Below are positions 42,777-48,451 of a DNA stretch of 64,000 nt, in pieces. The DNA comes from Carboxydocellales bacterium (GTDB lineage Bacteria; Bacillota; GCA-003054495; Carboxydocellales; JAJZTU01): assembly GCA_049302075.1 (NCBI GenBank), contig JBAQLS010000003.1, positions 176,561 through 240,560 on the forward strand, read 5' to 3'. The notes under the pieces were generated by a model. The model saw only the letters and a program-made list of their open reading frames with translations, did no database searches and was not told where the DNA came from. Made by a program: the position numbers and the translations under genes. Each line of letters begins with the position of its first letter. Position 1 is the first letter of the stretch.

Positions 42777-42957
42777 TTTATATTTATAAGTTAATTATGG
42801 ATAATTATAAACTAGGACAATAGTAATTGTCAAATGAAAGCCATGCAAAGAAATTGGGCATTTGGCGGAGCACCCTCAAGCTTTAAATACCATATGTTAA
42901 ACTACACAGAAGTCTGTGCTTAAAAAAAAATACTGTGGATAACAGGAGGAACTAATT

Positions 42958-43248
42958 ATGTGGCGACAAATGTACGGTGATATGAACCCAACGTCTGGGA
43001 TGAGTGGTGCACAAGGTGGAATGTCCATGATGGGCGGTTCTATGAACCCCATGATGCATGGAGGAATGTGTATGCCTCCCATGCACCACATGATGCCCAT
43101 GCATTGCATGAAGCCCATGCACCATATGATGCATCCAATGATGTGCTGTATGCCCATGATGCATCCAATGATGATGCATAAACCCATGATGCATCCAATG
43201 ATGTGCTGCCTGATGATGTGCTGCAAACCCATGAAGCATCATTGTTGA
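42958..43248 (+). CDS. Small hypothetical protein of extreme Met/His/Cys/Pro composition (candidate metal-binding or spore-associated protein)
   Basis: 96 aa with AGGAGG 8 nt upstream of the ATG. My count of the given translation is 35 Met, 12 His, 12 Pro and 9 Cys. It contains PMMHPMM(CC) repeats. No signal peptide or TM segment. Confidence 0.6.
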   Translation: MWRQMYGDMNPTSGMSGAQGGMSMMGGSMNPMMHGGMCMPPMHHMMPMHCMKPMHHMMHPMMCCMPMMHPMMMHKPMMHPMMCCLMMCCKPMKHHC

Positions 43249-43288
43249 GTACTGAAACTCCGGTCAGCCTTTGTAGGTTACTGAGCCT

Positions 43289-43593
43289 CCGGTCGGATCC
43301 ATGTTTCATTTGGGGTCATTATGACCGGTCGGATACCTATTCCGGCAAGGCGCTCTTAGTTCCATACTCTAGTAGCTCTAAAGCTCTGCATACTAATAAA
43401 AGCACCCTAAACCTCGCCGATTCATCGTCCATGATTCAGCGGCGAGGCGGCCACTGTCATAAGGGTGGCCGGGGTGCTTTTATTGCATGCCGAGCTTAAG
43501 TGCTGCTACGGTACTCCACCATGAGCGCCTTCACCGGAACAGGTATCCGACCTGGTATTATGCATGTCTACGGGGAACAGGTATCCGACCTGG
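43289..43593 (+). repeat. Long-hairpin repeat, copy A (left boundary of the 43.3-46.85 kb cassette)
   Basis: Two nested pairs of termini: ccggtcggatcc (43289) pairs with ggtatccgacctgg (43593), and ccggtcggatacctattccgg (43325) pairs with ccggaacaggtatccgacctgg (43555). The three-way core at 43398-43481 has two hairpins, CCTCGCCG/CGGCGAGG and GGCCAC/GTGGCC, closed by AAAGCACCC/GGGGTGCTTT. Confidence 0.85.
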
Positions 43594-43667
43594 GTCAGCA
43601 CCCGGGGGTCTTAGGTGCGGGCTGGGAGTGGCTGTGTAGACAGGGGCATGACCCCAGAGGACCTAAG

Positions 43668-43753
43668 CGCCGGGGACCGGAATCGAACCGGTACGGGCGA
43701 TGAAGCCCGCAGGATTTTAAGTCCTTTGCGTCTGCCAGTCTCCTGCAAACCGC
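43668..43753 (-). pseudogene. tRNA-Leu(UAA) remnant; 3' about 73 nt intact, 5' acceptor/D-stem strand replaced
   Basis: The minus strand reads ..gactggcagacgcaaaggaCTTAAAAtcctgcgggcttcatcgcccgtaccggTTCGATTccggtccccggcg. It has the anticodon loop, a long variable arm, the T-arm and the 3' acceptor strand. The 13 nt where the 5' strand should be (gcggtttgcagga) cannot pair with ccccggc. Confidence 0.7.
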
Positions 43754-43897
43754 TAATAATAAGGGTTTACCCTTCGTGTATGTATTTAAGATTACAGGAT
43801 TTGAAAACGTCTGAATGTGATTTAGTGATAATCCTGTATGGTAAAAATATCAAAGTCTGTAGGAATAAGCGACAGAACAATAGTTATGTATTCGTTC

Positions 43898-44329
43898 CTA
43901 TGAAGGTTGACTGTTTAATATTCTGCTTTTTACATCTACAACTTCAGATAGAATTAAATTCTTTAGTAACGCATGACGTTCTTTTAAAAACTCCACAAAT
44001 TCATTATCATATTCACCATTAATTAGCTTATCTGAATTTGGAATTAATTGTGATTCCATAGAATGCATCTAAATCAAATGACTCTTTCAGAGCGATGTTT
44101 TCCATGAGCTTACAGTCGTCAACAATAACATCATTGGTTGAACCAGTCATACCCCCACCGTATCGATTGTTAAGAAGTGAGCCCCAAAACCAAAACTTGA
44201 ATAGTTTTCTTGTCTTTGCGTTCTTTGACTAAAATCTTTAGAAGGCAAATGCTTAAGAAAATGCATCATTGGGATAAACATAGTCTTGTAGGGTAACCAT
44301 TTAATACTTATCAATAATTTTTCAGACAT
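43898..44329 (-). pseudogene. Frameshifted remnant of a larger gene (three collinear reading-frame pieces)
   Basis: Manual translation of the minus strand gives three pieces. They are MSEKLLISIKWLPYKTMFIPMMHFLKHLPSKDF.., then (frame shift) FWGSLLNNRYGGGMTGSTNDVIVDDCKLMENIALKESFDLDAFYG.., then (frame shift) DKLINGEYDNEFVEFLKERHALLKNLILSEVVD... There is no RBS or intact frame. The family assignment (possibly DUF262-type C-terminal region) is only a recollection. Confidence 0.5.
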
Positions 44330-44462
44330 TAAAAACTTATAAGTTTTAGCACTGCTGAAATATCTTAATACTTACATATGAACAAATAAAAAAGAGGAGG
44401 AAAATACCCCCTCTATGTATAACCATAAAATTCAACCTTACGCCTCAAAAAGCCAATAGTTC

Positions 44463-45467
44463 CTATTTAAGCTCATTTGCATATACATAAGAAATAATCT
44501 CTCTATAAGGAGTCTCAATCCACCCTTTTTCTTCATGTGAAAACTCTGAGATTTCGCTCGCATTATAATGTCCGTACCTTTGCTTCACTTGTTCCAAAAC
44601 CGCCATTTCCTCTGCAGTAAAAATATCCGGGTCAAATTCTGCTAAGGGTTGAATTATATCGCCAGAATGTACATAAACTTGAGATGGATTAAGGGTTATA
44701 TATCCCAATTTCTCTAAATGCCATAACAGTCCTTCAAAATCTTGTGGAACAGGTCCGTAATCCAACTTAATATATTTCAATCCAGTTACAGAAATCGTAA
44801 AGTCTTTGAAGAAACTGAAGTCAGTATAAAATAAAAGCTTATTTAACTTTGTTTTCCATAAGTCATTCACATTTTGTGCGAAATATAGAACAGTGTTGAG
44901 AACCTTTTGAAAATCTATTTGTTTGAATCCAGATTCAATATTTATAAATGAATACTCAAGCTTTCTTTGTAAAAGATATACGAAGCTATCCTCTTCCTTT
45001 TCTTCAATTATGGACTCTATTTTAGCCATCGCTTTTTTGTAAGTGGAACTTGGTATCAAATTTTTCGCCTCAACTAAAAAATCCTTCATTATTTCAGGGT
45101 TTTGCAACAATTTTAGCAATCTATGATGAGCTTCATTTGGAATTGCACCAGTTTCATATCTATGAATTGTAATTGCTCCCCACCCTAAAACTTTACCAAG
45201 TGTCCTTTGCGACAATCCATATCTTTCTCTAATTTCACCGATGTCTTTAGGCGACATATAAGAATGGCGTTTTCTATATTCATCATATGCTTGTTCTAAA
45301 TTCTCCTCCTCCAAAGCCATATCTAACAACTCATTTCCACAAAGGCAAACCCGAATAGTCGATTCGACTTCAATATCTTCCCCCCTAACCGTAATTACCT
45401 CGTTCTTCTTAAGAATTGTGCTTTCTTTCTCTCCGCACTTTTCGCATACTATAGTATTTGCCATCAT
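44463..45467 (-). CDS. Tripartite antitoxin candidate: MqsA-like zinc ribbon + XRE-type HTH + C-terminal Panacea (DUF4065/SocA-like) domain
   Basis: CxxC...CxC zinc ribbon (CEKCGE..VCLCGN). The HTH segment is YGLSQRTLGKVLGWGAITIHRYETG. The C-terminal KLNKLLFYTDF....G......YGPVP pattern is typical of DUF4065. Strong RBS AGGAGGAGG. Confidence 0.7.
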   Translation of the reverse strand: MMANTIVCEKCGEKESTILKKNEVITVRGEDIEVESTIRVCLCGNELLDMALEEENLEQAYDEYRKRHSYMSPKDIGEIRERYGLSQRTLGKVLGWGAITIHRYETGAIPNEAHHRLLKLLQNPEIMKDFLVEAKNLIPSSTYKKAMAKIESIIEEKEEDSFVYLLQRKLEYSFINIESGFKQIDFQKVLNTVLYFAQNVNDLWKTKLNKLLFYTDFSFFKDFTISVTGLKYIKLDYGPVPQDFEGLLWHLEKLGYITLNPSQVYVHSGDIIQPLAEFDPDIFTAEEMAVLEQVKQRYGHYNASEISEFSHEEKGWIETPYREIISYVYANELK

Positions 45468-45501
45468 GCGAATCCTCCTCCTAACTTAAACCTCCTGAAT
45501 T

Positions 45502-45867
45502 CTATTTGTATGGATAATGGTTAGGTCTCTCTGCAATGTGAAATGATATGCACACGCAAAAGTCCCCACCACTGTTATCCTCTATCTTTATTTTTATCTG
45601 GAACTCATAACCATCAATATTAAAACCAAACAAGAAATAGTCTCCTGGTGGAAATCTTGTGTCACGCTCTGCTTCCGGCCCGCACAAATAATCCTTGTAG
45701 GTTAGACCAAGTATATATTCCTTAATATGACTTGGTTTTAAACCTACCCTTGACAACGAAGCTATATTCTTTTTTCTTTCCTCAAACCTAAATTGTTCCT
45801 GAGTAAAAGCTTGTTTTATCCTTAACAGGAAGCCATTAATTTCACCAATGGGTATCTTGTTTCCCAT
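45502..45867 (-). CDS. MqsR-like toxin candidate (121 aa from the ATG at 45867)
   Basis: The pattern LTYKDYLCGPEAE...GDYFLFG....G.EFQIKIKI......CVCISFH resembles the MqsR family pattern as I recall it. The GAGGTGA RBS sits before the internal ATG. The toxin-first gene order matches mqsR-mqsA. Confidence 0.6.
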   Translation of the reverse strand: MGNKIPIGEINGFLLRIKQAFTQEQFRFEERKKNIASLSRVGLKPSHIKEYILGLTYKDYLCGPEAERDTRFPPGDYFLFGFNIDGYEFQIKIKIEDNSGGDFCVCISFHIAERPNHYPYK

Positions 45868-45898
45868 GCAATCACCTCGCTTTGGTATTCCTATTTTC

Positions 45899-45948
45899 AT
45901 TATATACCATAACAAGGCAATATGAAAGCTATTTGTTATCATATGATA
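45899..45948 (-). promoter_or_regulatory. Candidate promoter and operator of the toxin-antitoxin operon
   Basis: The minus strand has TTTCAT-N17-TATAAT (-10 at 45899-45904). A perfect 12-bp palindrome TATCATATGATA lies at 45937-45948, just upstream. Confidence 0.4.
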
Positions 45949-46320
45949 GCATATTTTTGCCCTTTTTATACATGAGTTTTACAATTAAGTTCAAATGGGT
46001 TTATCTATTTATTCTCATATTACGGGGATAATATCTATTCCAATTGCTGAACATGTGTTCTGATAATGAGATGAAACCTCTACTTGTTCATACGGTGTTA
46101 TTGGATTCCGCTCTGTTAAAAAACTACCCCCATGCATTAATGCCTTTCAAGGAAAAGCAGATTTAGTAATACTGCCCCACCTATAATCTCTTAATGCCCG
46201 GCTTAGGACTACCAAAAGGTAAAGATTTTAACAGACCACAATATTAAATAATCAAATATGCATTGCGTAAAAACAAATTCCAAGGTTCACAGTTAGCGAA
46301 AGCCTTGGAATGCTTATGTT

Positions 46321-46848
46321 TGTAAGCCGGTGTCGGATAAGGTACACCTAGCTCGGTTCGGGTGAAAGTTATTTAGCCCACAAGCCAGTAATGTGGCTTG
46401 GTGGGCTTATCAGCTAATCCGGGTATACCTGTCCGGCCCAAGTCAAGTGCCGGCCTATGTCAAAGCTGTACCGTTCAGCTCAAGGCTGATTACTGGTCTT
46501 CCGACTCAAGTAACCTGCTTGCAGCTGTCGGCCAGGCTGAATGCAGCCCTTACTACCAGGTCGGGTGCCAGTGCCGGTTAAGGTACACATGGCTTCGTGC
46601 CATAGTAGCTGTTAGTGAAAGTGGGCAATAGAAAGCACCCCGGCCACCAAGGATGGTGGCCGCCTCGCCGCTGAGACAAGGACGTCGATCACCACAAGGG
46701 TACCCCGTATCCGTACGTCGTTGTACTCCTACGGCTACGTCGTCGGCGAGGTTTAGGGTGCTTTCTATTAGCCCACTAAACTTACAGCTACTAAGGTAGA
46801 TAGCTAAGTGTACCGGACCGGCACTGGCACCCGACCGGTCATAAAGAC
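46321..46848 (-). repeat. Long-hairpin repeat, copy B (inverted relative to copy A) plus adjacent partial copies
   Basis: A roughly 287-nt hairpin at 46555-46841 has arms accaggtcgggtgccagtgccgg and ccggcactggcacccgaccggtc. Its core at 46632-46766 has the same two stems as copy A in reverse-complement orientation. 46321-46547 holds further terminus-like motifs (ccggtgtcggataagg, ccgggtatacctgtccgg). Confidence 0.85.
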
Positions 46849-46868
46849 CACAAATTAAGCCTAGATAG

Positions 46869-47522
46869 TTACCGGCAGACCTCACGCAGGGCTCGGACAG
46901 CCCCCCCGATATCCGGCGCATTAAAAATCGCTGACCCAGCAACCAGAATATTAGCCCCGGCCTGGCAGATTTCCTTAGCGTTTTCCGAGTTTACCCCGCC
47001 ATCCACCTGGATATCAAAGTTAAGTCCCCGTGCTTCCCGCATACTGCGCAGTGCTTCCAGCTTAGGGATTATCTGGCGGATAAACTTTTGGCCGCCAAAG
47101 CCGGGGTTAACACTCATTAATAACACCATATCCACCTCATTCAGGATATACTCCAAAGTGGTCAGGGAGGTTGCCGGGTTTAGCGCTACTGCGCACTTTA
47201 TTCCTAGCTCCCGGATATTCTGGATGGTCCGATGCAGGTGGGGACAGGTTTCTACATGCACACAAAGCAGGTCAGCACCGGCTTTGGCAAAATCCATAAG
47301 ATAGCGATCAGGCTGTTCAATCATTAAATGGACATCAAAAACCAGCTTGCTTTTTTCCCGTAAAGCCGCTACTACTAATGGACCGATTGTTATGTTAGGC
47401 ACAAAATGCCCGTCCATCACATCAATATGCAAATACTCCGCTCCGGCTTGTTCAACTTGGGAGATGCTGGCTGCCAAGCTGCTAAAATCTGCGGATAATA
47501 TGGAGGGGGCCAGCTTAATCAT
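46869..47522 (-). CDS. rpe: Ribulose-phosphate 3-epimerase
   Basis: 217 aa with canonical APSILSADF...HIDVMDG.FVPN sequence. Confidence 0.95.
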   Translation of the reverse strand: MIKLAPSILSADFSSLAASISQVEQAGAEYLHIDVMDGHFVPNITIGPLVVAALREKSKLVFDVHLMIEQPDRYLMDFAKAGADLLCVHVETCPHLHRTIQNIRELGIKCAVALNPATSLTTLEYILNEVDMVLLMSVNPGFGGQKFIRQIIPKLEALRSMREARGLNFDIQVDGGVNSENAKEICQAGANILVAGSAIFNAPDIGGAVRALREVCR

Positions 47523-47523
47523 G

Positions 47524-48399
47524 TTAGTATCTCCTCTCTTTTTCCTTAACCTCAGCCAAAAAGGCTAGATAATTGGTGTAGCGTTCCCGGGCTATGTTAC
47601 CCTGTTCCAGCGCTTCCTTGACCACACAATCCGGTTCCCGGTCGTGCAAACAACCATTAAAGCGACACTGTCCCAGGTAAGCTGAAAATTCAGGAAAATA
47701 ACTAGCTAAATTCTCCTTACGCATTTCCGGTAGAAAAAGGCTGCTAAAACCAGGGGTATCTGCCACCAGTCCCCCGAAACTTAGGGGTAAAAGCTCTACA
47801 TGGCGGGTGGTGTGGCGTCCCCGACCAATTCTTGCACTAACTTCCCCTGTCTTTAAGGAAAGTCCGGGTTCAATACTATTCAGCAGAGTAGACTTGCCAG
47901 CCCCCGAAGGCCCGGCAATCACGGAAATTCGATGCTGGAGAGCTAGGCGAATGTTGTCTAGACCAATAGCCGCCCGAGCGCTGATTATCTCAACTTGATA
48001 GCCTGTTTGTTTATATACCATCATAAGTACGTCTAACTCCTCTGGGGTGAGTAGATCACATTTGTTAAAACACACTAGCGGCTTTAAGCCCTGAATTTCT
48101 GTTAGTATTAATAGCCGATCTAAAAGGGCCAGGTCAGGCTCAGGGTCATGGCCGGCAAAAACAAGCAGTACTTGTTCCACATTGGCAATCGGTGGTCGGA
48201 CAAGTTCATTTTTACGGGGTAGAATTGCTTCGACAACTCCTTTGCCCAACCCTGTCTCGGCTATCTGGACAATATCCCCGGGGAGAGCATTGAGTTTTTG
48301 CAGGCGAAATTTCCCCCGCAATCGGCATTCCAGCAGCTGTTTACCCACCCGTACGTAATAAAAACCACCATAGGCCTTAATGACCACACCTTCTTGCAC
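47524..48399 (-). CDS. rsgA: Ribosome small-subunit-dependent GTPase A
   Basis: Circularly permuted GTPase motifs (NKCDL, GPSGAGKSTL) and a C-terminal zinc-finger Cys/His cluster. Confidence 0.93.
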   Translation of the reverse strand: MQEGVVIKAYGGFYYVRVGKQLLECRLRGKFRLQKLNALPGDIVQIAETGLGKGVVEAILPRKNELVRPPIANVEQVLLVFAGHDPEPDLALLDRLLILTEIQGLKPLVCFNKCDLLTPEELDVLMMVYKQTGYQVEIISARAAIGLDNIRLALQHRISVIAGPSGAGKSTLLNSIEPGLSLKTGEVSARIGRGRHTTRHVELLPLSFGGLVADTPGFSSLFLPEMRKENLASYFPEFSAYLGQCRFNGCLHDREPDCVVKEALEQGNIARERYTNYLAFLAEVKEKERRY

Positions 48400-48451
48400 C
48401 TAAACACCACCTGTATTCTTAATACTTATTGACCTGACTTATTGACTTTAC

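Noticed and set aside
42515-42794. ORFs 42515..42727 (-) and 42603..42794 (+)
   Set aside because: They overlap the FMN riboswitch and its terminator. The sequence is explained by conserved RFN aptamer motifs.
42897-43309. Antisense ORFs 42897..43232, 42952..43242 and 43040..43309 opposite the Met-rich ORF
   Set aside because: They are open only because of the ATGCAT-type quasi-palindromic codon repeats. None has a properly spaced RBS, and the plus ORF does. They are kept as a curiosity in the findings, not as genes.
43398-43481. Hammerhead or another small self-cleaving ribozyme as the identity of the three-way junction
   Set aside because: The junction strands are nearly empty (c / g / ttta). 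The CUGAUGA and GAAA core elements are absent.
43668-43753. An intact, functional tRNA-Leu gene
   Set aside because: The seven 3' acceptor bases ccccggc require gccgggg at the 5' end. The sequence there is gcggttt, and the D-stem 5' strand is also lost. I therefore call it a remnant, which should be verified with tRNAscan-SE.
43203-44022. ORFs 43203..43499, 43500..43703 and 43615..44022 (+)
   Set aside because: They run through repeat copy A, the tRNA-Leu remnant and AT-rich junk. They have no RBS and implausible composition.
46321-46848. RNase P RNA, SRP RNA, tmRNA or 6S RNA as the identity of the long hairpin
   Set aside because: No GAGGAAAGUCC, no SRP helix-8 GGAA/AGCA motif pair, and no tmRNA tag or acceptor features. 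Three diverged copies within 13 kb argue for a repeat family rather than a housekeeping RNA.
46393-46942. ORFs 46393..46581, 46398..46631 (+) and 46553..46942 (-)
   Set aside because: They lie within repeat copy B, a long hairpin that gives open frames on both strands. The last one also overlaps the rpe 3' end.
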